From: Saccostrea cucullata
Lineage: Eukaryota
DNA: 64,000 nucleotides
Direction: 5' to 3'
Assembly: GCF_032062105.1 (NCBI RefSeq)
Contig: NW_026926145.1
Location: 62,001 to 126,000, forward strand
The translations under genes and the position numbers were made by a program. Positions 49,340 to 61,992 of the stretch are shown piece by piece (the first letter of the stretch is position 1; each line of letters starts with the position of its first letter). Below the pieces are notes generated by a model. That model was not told the origin of the DNA. It saw only the letters and a program-made list of their open reading frames with translations, and searched no databases.

Positions 49340-52300
49340 ATCATCATCATCATCTTCCTTTACACCCTGTGGTGTGTAGGGCAGCAACAAAATTCCTCCA
49401 CCCTTGCCTGTCCTGGGCTAGCCTTGTCAACGATCCCCAGGTCTGGTGCATTGCCTTCATCTCGCCTTCTACTGTCCTTCGCCATGATGTTCTAGGCCTC
49501 CCCCTCTTTCTTTTGCCCTCTGGTGTCCAATGCAGTGCTGTTCTAGTTGTTGACTGGGGGTCTTTTCTGAGAACATGTCCAATCCACCTCCATCGGCGCT
49601 TGGTTATGATGGTACCCATGTCCTCTTGTTTGCATCTGCTCAGCAGGTCTTCATTTGTTACCTTATCGGGCCAGAAAATTCTGAGTATTCGGCGGAGGCA
49701 GGTGGTATGGAAGGATTGCAGTTTGCCAAGATCTGTCTCCGTTATTCTCCAGCACTCCGATCCATAAAGGAGAGTTGACACAACACAGCTCTGGTAAAGC
49801 TTCAGCTTGGTGCTGGTGCTGTACTGTGCAGACCTCCAGATGTTATTCATTTCCCTAAATACTCTCCTGGCCTTGCCCAGTCTGCTGTGTATGTCCTCCT
49901 TTGTGCCGCCCTCTGGTGTAATGATACTACCCAGGTAAATAAAGTTATCTGTCTGGCGTAGTTCCTTCCCATTGATCTTAACAGGGGCAGGCAATTCCAC
50001 ATTAAGTGTCATTGTCTCCGTCTTCTTTGTACTGATGCGTAGTCCCACTTGCTGTCCATAGGTTTGCAACCGGTTGGTCTTCTCTTGGATATGCTGGTGT
50101 GTATGAGACATTAGAGCAAGGTCATCTGCAAAGTCCAAATCCTCCAGTGTTGAAAACAGGCCCCAGCGGATCCCCCTTGGAGAGTCTTCTGTTGTCTTCC
50201 GCATGACCCAATCGATGACCAGGTTGAACAACACTGCAGACATTACGCATCCTTGTCTGACTCCAGTTTTAACATCGAAGAAGGTGTCATTGTATCCTAC
50301 TGAGCATTTAAAGTTGTCATAAAAGCTCTTTATCAGGTGGACCATTTTAGATGGAATACCATAATGGCGTAGGATGCTCCAAAGGCTATCTCGATGTATG
50401 CTGTCAAATGCTTTCTCAAAGTCCACGAAGTTTACATACAATTGTCTCCGCCACTCTGTGCACTGCTCTGTGATGTTGCGGAGTGCGAAGATCTGATCAG
50501 TACATCCTCTATGTTTCCTAAATCATGCTTGCTCTTTCCTCAATACAGCATCAACGACGTCTGACATTCTTTTGATGATTATTTTGGCCAGGACCTTACT
50601 TGGCACAGACAATAGAGTGATTCCCCTCCAGTTGTTACAATCACTCAGGGCTCCTTTCTTTGGGATCTTGAAAATCACCCCTTTACACCAATCATCAGGT
50701 ACTTTCTCTCCATCCCACACAGCTGTGAACAGTGGTTGGAGGATGGTGGCTGCTATTCCAGGATCTGCTTTAAATAGCTCTGCATCAAGATTGTCACGTC
50801 CTGGTGACTTCCCGTTCTTAAGAGTCTTGACTGCATTCATTATCTCCTCCTTAGTTGGTGGGTCAGTGTCGATGTCCAGATCCTCTGTGGCTTCTGGTAC
50901 GACAACAGCTTCATCAGGTGATGGTCGATTAAGAACTTCGCGGAAGTGTTCAACCCATCTCTCTTTTTGATCTTTTTCTGATGTCAGCAGTGTTCCATGT
51001 TTGTCTTTGATAGGTCCTCCTGTGTTTCCTATAAATTTGCCACACACTCGTTTCGTGATATTATATACTCTCCCTTGCTCTCCCCGTACTGCTGCTTTCT
51101 CTGCCTCAGCTGCAAGTTGGTCCATGGCTTCTCTCTTGTCACGTCGTGCAAGCTTCTTAACTCTCTTGTTGACCTCACCATACAGCTCATCTTGCCTCTC
51201 ACGCAGTCGTGGGGACTTGGTCTGCAGCATCTTTTTCTTTATTTTCTTTCTCTCCTCTATAGCAATTAGAGTCTCCTGCTGGATCCAGTTTTTGTTGGTG
51301 TTTCTTTTTCGAAAGCCTAGTTTCTTTTTGCTGCTTTCAGTGTATAGTTGGGTCACTTGCTTCCAGGTGTTGTCCACATTGGCCTCCTCATCTTCATCAT
51401 ATGCATCTTGTAAGATCTGGAATCTGTTTCTTAATTCGCTGATGAAGGCAACTTTCACGGTGTTCTCTCTCAGTCTCTGTATGTCAAAACGTGTTTGAGT
51501 ATTAGCTTTTTTCAGTTTGATCTTAATGAGTGCTGTCACTAGGTGATGGTCGCTGCCTATGTCTGCACTCCGCTTGACCCTAACATCTAATAGAGAGCGT
51601 CTCCACATGCCATTGATCATCAAATGGTCAATCTGGTTCTTGTCTCTTCCATTTGGTGAGTTCCAGGTCAGCTTGTGGATATCAGGGTGTGTAAAGAGGG
51701 TTCCTCCTATCACTAGGTTGTTCATAGCACAGAACTCCACCAGTCTTTCGCCATTATCATTCCTATTCCCAACCCCCTGATTTCCCATGACTCTTTCGTA
51801 GTCGGTGTTGTCCTTTCCGACCTTAGCATTGAGGTCCCCCATGATGATAAGTAGGTCGTGCCGTGGGGTTTTCTCTGTCTCCGCCTGTAGCTGACTATAG
51901 AAATTATCCTTGTCTTCATCGTTACTGTCATTCGTTGGTGCGTAGCATTGTATTAATGTGGTGTTGATGTGCTTGCCCTTTAATCTTGCGCTAATTAATC
52001 TATTATTTATGGGTTTCCATTCCAACAGACACCGCTCTACACCTTTCCTGAATATGATGGCCACTCCTTCACGGTGTAGGTTGTCATCTCTACCAGAGTA
52101 AAGGACAGTTTCTCCTGTGGTGGTTCTCATCTTTCCAGATCCAGTCCATCTGCTTTCACTCACTCCTAGGACATGTAGATTAAACTGTCTCATCTCAGAT
52201 GTTATCTGTGCCAGCTTGCCTGTCTCATACATTGTCCTCACATTCCAATGTCCTAGTCTGAGCTTGGTTTTGGTGGTGTTTAGGACCTCCCCCATTCTGC

Positions 52301-52435
52301 TGGTAACGTCCTTATGGCTTTGATTGCCAGCATTCATACGAGTCTTATTTAACTCGGAAGGCCTTTCACACGATGTAGTAAAGTTTTTTCTTGTTGCTGT
52401 TTCCGTAACTTTCTCCTTTTACAGGGCAGGGTTGT
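49340..52435 (-). mobile_element. RTE-clade LINE, essentially full length
   Basis: APE endonuclease (GHWNVRT, SESRW, QCYAPT, GDLNAK, QIDH, SDH) plus RT (FVDFEKAFDS, GVRQGC, FADD, YLGS) and RTE C-terminus (RWIGHVLR, GRPRTSW); (TGA)n tail at 49340-49354. Confidence 0.95.
49350..52337 (-). pseudogene. RTE ORF (APE-RT, 995 codons) with a single in-frame TGA
   Basis: ORFs 50523-52337 and 49350-50441 are in the same frame. The junction reads EQA*FRKHRGCTDQIF, where the conserved motif is QAGFR (GGA>TGA at 50523-50525). Confidence 0.9.
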
Positions 52436-52437
52436 TA

Positions 52438-53812
52438 TAAGGGTCGACACCAAAACGAGGTCACACAGCAGATTTACAGTGTACCAACATTGTGTAACAT
52501 AGTTAGTAACGACTAAAATCCCCTCGATTGACCAGACAAGTTTAGATTCCGCGTATCATACTCCAAATACGGCGTCCCAGGTCATTTTGGGGGAGTTTAT
52601 TCCATTCCTGTTGCAATGCTACAGTAAGTTCTTTCACATTAGTAGGAGGTTATTGACGTTGATGTAGCTCCTGCTGTCCCAGACAGGCTCGGTCGGGAAA
52701 AGGTCCGGTCTGAGTGTGGACCATGGTAATGTGGTGATATTCTGCTGATGGAGATAATATGTAACGATCCTGGCCTAATGATATCTGGCATTGTCATCTT
52801 GAAAAATGAAACGGTGCCCATAACAACGTGCAACGGGCACAACATGTGGTACCAAAATGTAGTAGTCCCGGTAGCACTGCCCTGTGACAGGTCCAGCGAC
52901 AACAAGCCCGACTTTTCTGCCGGCAACATTGATGCCTCCCCACACCATTACAGATCCAACCCCATACTGATCATGTCTAATGATGTTATCGACACGGAAA
53001 CGTTCGTTATGTCGGCGATAAATTCTCCTGCGTCTGTCAAGAAAGTCCACGTTGAACCTCGACTCATCTGGGAACATTACGGGGTTCCACTGACCACCAC
53101 TGGCAATTACTAAGTATCCCAGCGTTGATGGTGACGACACCATTGGAGTCGGACTCTAATGTAACGACCCCCTAAACAGGTAAATGGCACGAGGACATCG
53201 GACATGCAAGTGAAATCTTTGCAATCGATTCCTGATAGCCTGGCTACTCACTACTATCCTTTGAATTTGAGACCTTATCTGATTTGCTGCTACCTGGCGA
53301 TTTTTGATAGCAATAGTGTAGATGAATCTGCCCTGAGCCTGAGTTGTTGCCCCCTTGGTCAATCGGATCGTGCTCTTTTCTCAACAGACTCTTCAACACG
53401 AAGTCCAGACCATAATCTGCTGATAATAGACTGTTAACCATTCATTGCCCTTGCCACAGCTACCTGTTATGTACCATCCTGTAGCACGTCGAGGACACGT
53501 AACCTCTCATCCTATGTTAGATGGCACATGGTCTCTGTATCATTAACGCCTTCAACAACTGATTGATAATTATATGCTTTAGAACTCTTCAAAATTTGTC
53601 TTTAGAGTGGCTTTAACCTTTCAATTCAGTGGTACTAGTATGCAAATTTGTAGCACACCACCCCTGATCATCAGTAACATCCCGTGCAGATCGTGAGAGT
53701 ATGATTGATTTGTTTGGATGATGAATTTCTTTGGAAATAGTTTCTCGTTAAGGAACTACATAATATGGTTTCGTATCCCTCTGATTATGTGAACATTTTG
53801 GTCACAAGCTAC
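52438..53812 (-). mobile_element. Decayed Tc1 transposon
   Basis: VMFPDESRF, YGVGSVMVWGGI, FQDDNAR motifs; likely ATG at 53529; frameshifts; degenerate TIRs. Confidence 0.8.
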
Positions 53813-55208
53813 ATTACCCCCTTCTTTTTTAACAGTATATACTTAGGATGATAGGGAGTGGGAGTGGGTTTCTTTTTTCCCCTTACAGTTCTTCTTTCAG
53901 AAATAAGTGATCAAGTTGGTTCCACAGGGATTTTGCCACAAACCCACCCTTGCTGTATTAGAAAAACAGTGTCACTTGTTATTTTTTTACTCAGGAAAGA
54001 ACAATCGAATAATTTTCAGACTAAGCTCAACAGGTTCATTTCCCTAACATTGATATTGATCTGCACTCACATTTTGCTGATGATGCCCCATTTCTGATTC
54101 GGAATCGAATCCACACGGAAGACAAGGTATCCTGCTATGTACTTGTTGCCTTTCCATGTTTTCAGCCTGGTCTGTTTTAAATCTTGAAATTCTAAAAACT
54201 AATCACTTTTAACCATACTGCAATCTGACCTTCCCGTTTCTTAAATCGTAAAAGCCTCTTCAGCGATCTGTTGTCTAAAGAGAAGATATAAAAGCACATG
54301 TTCCCCTTGCAACAACATTAAGGATAAATTGATTGCTTACATCGGACAGCGTTAGTATTGACACACTTATCAATCAATTCCAAAAGCTTCTTTTAGTTTC
54401 TTTTGTTCTTTGGAACTGTTTTTTTAGAGTACGCATGGGTTTAGAGCTATTGAGACAAACTTCTGATTAAAGTATTAGTAGCTTCAAAGTCCCAAGTAAG
54501 AACTAACTCATGAGATTTCACTGGAAATCAGCCACTCGGCAACCACTTTCACTTTTTCGGGATCAAAAGAATTTCCTAAGCCATGAAATATCCTCAGCAA
54601 AAAATTTTGTTTTTTCTCCATTCGTTTTTGTTGTTGTTGTTTTTTTTTATTTACGTCCCTCTCGAGAATTTTTCACTCATATGGAGACGCCTCCACTTGT
54701 CGGTGGAGAGCTGCAAATTTTGTCCTATACTAGGCACTTACGGCAATTAAGCAGGGAGGGACCTTTTTCGTGTCAGCAACTTCGTTGACACGGGACCTTG
54801 ATTACTGTAAATTCCTTATTTTTTGTGAGTACTTATTATCGCAAAATAGATCTTAAACGTCAAATCGCGAGAATAATTTTTCGCAAATGAATGAGTGAAT
54901 GAATGATCAAGAGAATTTACATGGATTTTAGCACCATAACCCGCGATGTAAGGATCAAACTACGTACTTCGCGACTCTAGATCAGACGCTCTAATCACTG
55001 CACCAGGAAGTCGACTCCATTAGTTTCAGATTTAACCGATGAAAACGCATTTAAACATTTTATTGATGTGTTTTTAACATCCTTTCAAATGACTATTTAA
55101 CGAAATTTTATAGTCTCCTTATGAATACCCGAAAGTAATGTCCACGAGATGCTTCAAAATTGCATTTGTGTAACAAAGGACCTAAACGAATGAGAAGTTC
55201 TCCTTATT

Positions 55209-55459
55209 GATTGATTGATTGTATACTGTTTAACGTCCCTCTCCAGAATATTTCACTGATATGGAGACGTCACCATTGCCGGTGAAGGGCTGCAAATTTA
55301 GGCCTATGCTTGGCACTCAGGGCCATTGAGCAGGGACATTGTCGTGCCACACCTGCTGTGACACGGGGCCTCGGTTTATACGGTCTCATCCGAAGGACCG
55401 CCCCATTTAGTCGCCTTTTACGACAAGCAAGGGGATACTGAGGACCTATTCTAACCCGG
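55209..55459 (-). mobile_element. SINE with 12-bp TSD inserted in the Gypsy RT
   Basis: TSD GTTCTCCTTATT (55197-55208, 55460-55471); (ATCA)n tail. Other family copies at ~54650-55010 and ~58090-58330. Confidence 0.85.
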
Positions 55460-55764
55460 GTTCTCCTTATTAGTCTCCTCTATGCTACCTTGCCAGTACC
55501 TACTGCTAAGATGAAATAGAAAACATTGTTTGTCCTGAGAGGTGGTCGAACAGTTCCTCTAACTTTGGAATTGGATTCGCGTCTATAACCATAACTTTGT
55601 TTTGTCGATGATAGAGAACGCCAGATGGCATGATTCTTTCTTCCTACAAACCAATTCGACTAGTAATACCCATGATGGTTCACAACAACCATTTCTGCCA
55701 TGGAATAAAGAGATAAAGAACATTAATCAAGCTCAAACGTCTACTGAACAGAAAAAAGAAACAG

Positions 55765-55860
55765 AGCAAACACGAACCTCTGAAAACATTAGAGACTGGA
55801 TCACGTGCCATGGAAAGGGAAGCATACTCTCTCAGCCTGTCTCACCTGCAATGTGCTCCA
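55765..55860 (-). mobile_element. Penelope-like 3'-end fragment
   Basis: Reverse complement resembles 41850-41935 (...GATCC...GAGGT.CGTGTTTGCTCTG). Confidence 0.55.
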
Positions 55861-56942
55861 TGCCCCCGTGTCCTGGCCAGACAAGAAGTACTAGTCTGTA
55901 GATAATATAGTTTGTAACATTTCAGTAGCATGTAAATCGATCTGTTTATCCTCTTGGGATAAATATATAGAAATTTGTCTACACGAATGTTGGATACTGT
56001 ATGTCGCACATAAAGTATTCAACTTGTTTACAATTGTACGAGCTACTATTTAAACAGAGTACAAAATATCGCAAAATGTCGGTTTCTCGGGAAATTTTAC
56101 ATGTATTGTAGCACAATGAAAATAAAAGCGATCGAGGAACTTTATTTCGCTAGTGGCGCTTTTTGCGAAATTACGCGATAATTAAATTCCTCGCGTATAT
56201 TTAGGAATCTACAGGAAATTAGAAATAAAAGTTCCACTACGAATTTTTGAAACATCTGTGATACTGAGGAGCAAAACAAGAACAAAATCATATCTCTTTA
56301 CGAAAGTGCGACCTACTTGTTCTCTTGAGGGTCGAGAAATTTTCTGTCCCTACTAAGTAGCCTGCAAACCTGAATGTATTTTTCCCGATACTTTTGCTTT
56401 AGTAACTTCACTTAATTGAATTTGTCACAAATTTTTGCAACTCTGTATCAGCCTCGTGTAGCTTTTCGTGAAAAACCGAAGCATTTATTATTACTTTTCA
56501 ACGAACCGTGTGGAATACTGTATCTATTGCTCCATTTAAAGTTTTTGGGAGGTCATTTCCAAGTATGATACATATTAAGACTGATATCAGATACAATGAT
56601 TTCAGGAATTTCCTCCATTTTTCCTATTTTACATGATAAATTTGCCTTTCCAAAAATGAAGAAGTCTTGATCCACGAACCTTCGTTATTACTGTGTGTAT
56701 ATGCCCTTCATCAACTATTGTTGGTCGGTCCATCAGCTGATCATATAACATTTTTTTCTTGTGCTGTGAAGTTAGGGATATCTCAGTATCAAGCAAAAAT
56801 GAGGTTTTCCTTCCATTTAATACAGCATCTGTAAAAATGACCGATTCTTCACACAAGTTCCTTGCCCCTAGGTCTTCGCGTTTTGCCTATCGCATATTCG
56901 ACGAATAATGTCATCTGTGGGCAATATTGTCCTTTGCTGATT

Positions 56943-57215
56943 GTAGCAGTGGTTAGAGCGTCTGCTCTAGAGTTGCGAAGGAGTTGATCCTTACGTCGCG
57001 GATTCGAATCCCTTTGTGGGACATGGAGACCGGTCATTCGGATGTGACCGTATAAACAGAGGTCCCGTGTCGCAGTAGGTGCTGGCACGAAAAAGATCCC
57101 TCACTGCTCAATGGCAGTCTAGGACAAAAAATTACAGCTCTCTACCGGCAAGTGGTGGTGTCTGCATATGAGTGAAAAAATCTCTAAAGGGGTTAAACAA
57201 CACCATCAATCAATC
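56943..57215 (+). mobile_element. tRNA-derived SINE, full length
   Basis: A-box GCAGTGGTTAGAGC, B-box GGATTCGAATCCC, core GGATGTGACCGTATAAACAGAGGTCCCGTGTC...AAAGATCCC, CAATCAATC tail. Confidence 0.8.
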
Positions 57216-58472
57216 TTTTGTAGATTCATCGGCGTACTTACTATATAGCAGTTTCCCTTCTTCTCTTTAGATTTTTAAAATTTTTCTCAAAGCAGTAACA
57301 TTTCAACTTCTCACTTTTCTCATCTGTTGGCAATAGCAAATTTAAGCCCGCCAAAAACAATTAATTTGCTTTACTATTTCACCAATTATCTTTTTAATAC
57401 GCTTTCCCAATGATTCTACCTTTGCCTGAAATGTTTCCATTCCCTTTTGTATTCTTGGATGCAACCTGTCTTCTTTTATGGATTTCTAACAGTGTGACTG
57501 TGATCTCTCTTTTTGTAATATGCATCAGACTAAACTGCTTACCGAAATTCTTCGTTTAAATATTGATGCCTACTTTATTTGATGCGCATTTGTATTTAGT
57601 CTATTTTTAAAAAGATTCTGTTTGCATGTCTATGAATTTTATTCTCGTTGTGTTTCCTTTCTAATTACATTGATACCCACTGATAAGCCGAACAAATAAG
57701 TTTAAAGTTTTTTCCAAATTCTGAAATTAAGGTCTCTGTTGTCTCTCCTTTACAAGGGTTCTGTAACGCTCTTTTGGTTTGGTGGCACAAACTCTCCTCG
57801 GCTGCTTTAGCCAACAATTTGAACTGGCACTCCTTGAACAGCAACTCGTAGTTAGTCTAAATGGAGTTTTCTCTCTCTATTTGATTAATTTTAATTGCTG
57901 CGCAAGCATCACTGTAAGATTTCAAATCAATCCACAAATAACTATCCTCAATCGTCGATGCAGACTTTGTGTTACATTTGCTGCTCTTCCCCTTGCACTA
58001 CCCTGGTAGCCTGTTGTACGTATCTAGGAACGACAGTCTCGGGAGAGATCGTGCCAGACCTCACAGGTTGATTCCTCAAGTCCAGTTTGCGCATGTTTAA
58101 TTGTTTATTTCCTTTCCAGAACTGTCCACGCATACTGAGACATCACTTCTTGGCGATGCACTCGGCACTTAGCCCAGGGACATTGAGCAGTGAAGAATTT
58201 CATTTATATCAGCACCTGCTGTGTCAACGGACCTCGTTTCCTATGGTCTCATCCAAAGGAACATTCTCCACGTCATGCAATGAGATTCAAACATGTGACA
58301 TAAGGATAAACTCTTTACTTTGCAACTCTAGAACAAACGTCTGTGTCGCATAGTTGACGAGGTCTAATTTGAGATTGTGTTTGTTATAATAATTGATATT
58401 GCACACCCCGTAGACCTAAAAAAGTACATCATGGAGTCTCACGTGACACAATCGTCAGATGGGAATGTACAT

Positions 58473-61122
58473 GGGTATATTCGATTAAGCGACACGGGTT
58501 ACACGAGTCACTAGAGTTGTAAATAAAACAACCTATCTTCGACACGGGTGATCAACCCATGTTACGCGAGTATACTCCTCAGTTTACCTGGAGTAACAGG
58601 TAAAAAGAATGGCGGGAAGTGAAGTCGCATTGTTAATGCGAAAACTGTTTCTGCATAAATATGTCAGTGTTTGTATTAAAAATTTACAACGTCAATGAAA
58701 AAAGTCGGCAATAAAATTTTGACACCCCCTTTTTATTTTTTAGTTTTAAGGTCAACCTCTTAAAATTACTGTTGCTTTATCATGGACAGTTTTTGATTTT
58801 GTTTTAAAGTTTATCCAGCTTTTTTTTAATCTGCCTATAATTATTGCCCGAACCTCTAGATCCCGTTTTACAAATGAACTTACGACTAAAACCAAAAACT
58901 TATGTTGATTATAAATTTTTGAAAATTAACTGTTATGGAAATTGTTACCATAAAACATTCTAAATTCTTTTCAAGAAGAATAAAATCGCAAATAATTTCT
59001 GGACTTTGTGATATGCACCTAAATACCGGTCTTAAGGCCGCAGAATCACAATACATATTACCCCCCCCCCCCAAAAAAAAAAAAGAAGAAAAAATTGTGA
59101 TATACTCAGTAGTGCGCGGGGTATATCGATAAAATCACATATCCCTTGTAATAAATTTATTTTTATTTATTGTTTATTTTAAATTCTAATTACTTGTTTG
59201 TTTATTTATTTTTGCTTGTCAAAAAATTATGAGACTTAACATCTGTGAAATTTGATCCCCCCTTTTGAAAAAAAAGATATTGGGGGATGTCTGTGCTTAC
59301 ATTATCCCCTTTAACTTTTTAAAAATTAATTTAGGTCCTCACTAACAAATTAATTCAATACTAATCCATTCCTACTATAGCTATATATTTTTGTCCCTTC
59401 ACAAAGCCGTACTAAGGAATTGGAAAGGTTTAATTTTTATTATTTCTGTTGCCATGGGAACAGGAATCCATAGCAACTAATGAAATAATCACCGGTTTCA
59501 GTTTGCAGACGCATTCCTGCATGACTGTCAAAAAATTTCAAGATCATATTCCTGGCAAAACTATTTTTATGCATAAATAGAATGTCTATTCAAAAGGAGA
59601 TTTTTGAACAAATATTGGATTTTTTGATAATCGAAAAAAAAAGATGTTTGGACAAATATATTTTTCTAGAGTTTTGATATATCAAAAGGCACATTATAAA
59701 TAACAAAACTCTGCTAGAATAACTTCTGTTGCAATTTGTTTGAAGTTTGGGTGTTTTTGAGTTAGATTGACTGGACTAACTGAAATTGCTCTCACATTTG
59801 ATCCTGTAATTATCTTTTAACTGAATTATTAATAATAATGATTTAACTTTATAAGGTAATTAACACGACATATCTATGCTGCGATTGTTAAATCTGTAAA
59901 AATAATTTTAGTGAATCTATATGCATCTATTAGACAATTTTGAAATCAAAGGGCCCGTTTTACAAAAGAACTTACACCTAAGACCAAAATTAATTCTGCG
60001 ATTTTATTCTTCTTGAAAAAATATAGAATGTTTTACAATGAAATCTTAGAAATATGGAGGTTGGGTCCAGAACCAACTGGTTCTTTGTTTACAATAAATG
60101 TTATAAGTATATAGAAATTACCTTTTCAGCCTTTAATTACTATCGTAATAATTATTGAACATTTTCAAGCGTATGTTTTTTTTTTAAATTTAGTTGAAAT
60201 ATTGAACATTATTTTTACAGACTCAAAATTAAAATCCACAGCCATGTAAGACCATGAAAAACACATAAGCTCAAGTTTTCTTTCCAACCGACGTCACATT
60301 TTTTTGTAAAAGTATTTGTCTCTCACATCCTATGACCTACACTACTAGTATATAAATGAAAAATGTCAGCTATGGTACTTTTCTGACCAATTATTATACC
60401 CCTTGCAAAATGTTACCATGGAGGGGGGGGGGGGGGAGATAGAGAGAGAATACAAGCACGTAGCAGCTGGTGGAAGTGCTCCCCACACTTTTTTTCCCCA
60501 AACATCTCATTACTTTTAAAATCTTCATTGAAAGACCACCGATAGCTTCCTCCCCCTTTTTGTTACAGTAAAGCCAATCAAGGGTCAAGTCGTCTTGTAT
60601 GAATAAAATTTGGTACTGAAGGAAGTGAGACCTACATCCCTTTCCTCCAACTAAATAGGAGTTTCATTTTTGTTTTCTATGGCTTGCCCCCCCCCCCCCC
60701 CCTTCAACATGATGGCACGTCACTATTACATTTAATACTACTGACATGCATGTAAGTGAAGACATTCTTATTCTACTTTTTTTTTATTTTAATAAGAGGA
60801 GGTATTGACTTGATAAATAATATTGCAAGGATAAATAATCTATAAAATACATGTTATATCTGTAAAAAATACATTTTGTTGAACAATCAATTCAGCTTTG
60901 AGGTCTTGTATTTAATTATCTGCTATTCTTTATTTAATAATTGGATATTGTTTGTTAATCAGTTGTATGTCCTTTTAAGACCAAAAATACAGGGAATATA
61001 CTGTTTTCCCTGCCATATTTATAACGACACGAGATGTTTTATTTAGATCACTAGAGTTCAGTCAGTGAGCATGCGCATATTTAACACTAGTGCGACACGG
61101 GTTGTCTTAATCGAATACACTC
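58473..61122. mobile_element. PIF/Harbinger-like non-autonomous element (2.65 kb)
   Basis: TIR G(G/A)GT(A/G)TATTCGATTAAG; 3-bp TSD CAT (58470-58472, 61123-61125); repeated GACACG(G/A)G and CACTAG subterminal motifs. Confidence 0.65.
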
Positions 61123-61770
61123 CATTTGACAAGATTCGCGGCGCTTAAGAAATAAGTGAATGCGCAGCTGCTAATCTGTAGCTGACAGTGTGCATTCAGC
61201 CAAGAAGAATTTCGTTTCGCTGTGTTTCTTCTTACTTTACCATCAGCCATGTCTTTTTTCTTCTTGTATGGTTTTCGGATTGCTTTAAAGTTGATATAAA
61301 CAATAGCACTGTCTTCTTCAGGCTACTATTGGGTATTCTTGCCATAATTTTTTTCAACCATTGTTGCAATGCTTGAATCGCGCATGGGTCTATTAGTATC
61401 AATAGCTGGTTGATGGTGCAATTACTATAGTAATCACAGCTGAAATCTCCTTACCAAGAATTTCCCATGGCATTAATTTAAGACGCATTGATATGACAAA
61501 ACTTTGAATAGGATATATTTGCCAAATCCAACCACTCCGAAACATTTTTTGCCATGTTTCTAGGTTTGTTTAAGAGATGGGGCTGTTCTAACTGAACAAA
61601 TCAAGTTACTCACTCATCAACTATAATTTAGAAGAACTTGATTTTAGTTATCATATAATAAAACATCAAGATTCCAACTTTTACTTGAACTTCACTTTCT
61701 AAGGATGGAATTCTCCAAAATCATGTTAGTCTTTCATACTTTTAAACATTCCAAAACCTTTAAGGAGAGA

Positions 61771-61857
61771 GGCCTGTGGCAGTTAGACAGAGATTCAGGA
61801 AGGCCTGGGCTTGAATACCAGTCTGGTCCAATGCATTTTTTCTCCTCTCCAATCACA
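61771..61857 (+). mobile_element. Degenerate second copy of the tRNA-bearing LTR
   Basis: GATTCAGG...GGGCTTGAATACCAGTCTGGTCC..TGCATTTT..CTC...ACA resembles the minus strand of 47442-47540. Confidence 0.5.
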
Positions 61858-61992
61858 TACTGGTATTTCTTTAAGAAATTCTACATAAGAAAACAACCCC
61901 TTGGGCCATCACATCCAGGTATATATTTGACAATTTAATAAATAACAGTAGTTACTTTTATGATGTTTTTGAGTTGTGCAAACAATTTGCAA

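Larger units (their letters stand above)
53870..58450 (-). pseudogene. Decayed Gypsy LTR retrotransposon (gag-protease-RT-RNaseH), fragmented by later insertions
   Basis: Minus-strand remnants in Gypsy order: gag-like (57700-58050), protease LNGRKTSFLLDT (~56790-56820), RT DANPIPKLEELFDHLSG (~55530-55585), DPEKVKVVAEW (~54530-54565), RNaseH EGQIAVWL...RPG.KHG...SRIPC (~54120-54240). Confidence 0.7.

Noticed and set aside
50523-50525. In-frame TGA as selenocysteine or programmed readthrough
   Set aside because: It replaces a conserved Gly (GGA) by one substitution, not a Cys, and no SECIS was seen. A nonsense mutation or base error is simpler.
49300-52323. Plus-strand ORFs over the RTE element
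   Set aside because: Antisense shadows of the RTE coding frame with no recognisable motifs.
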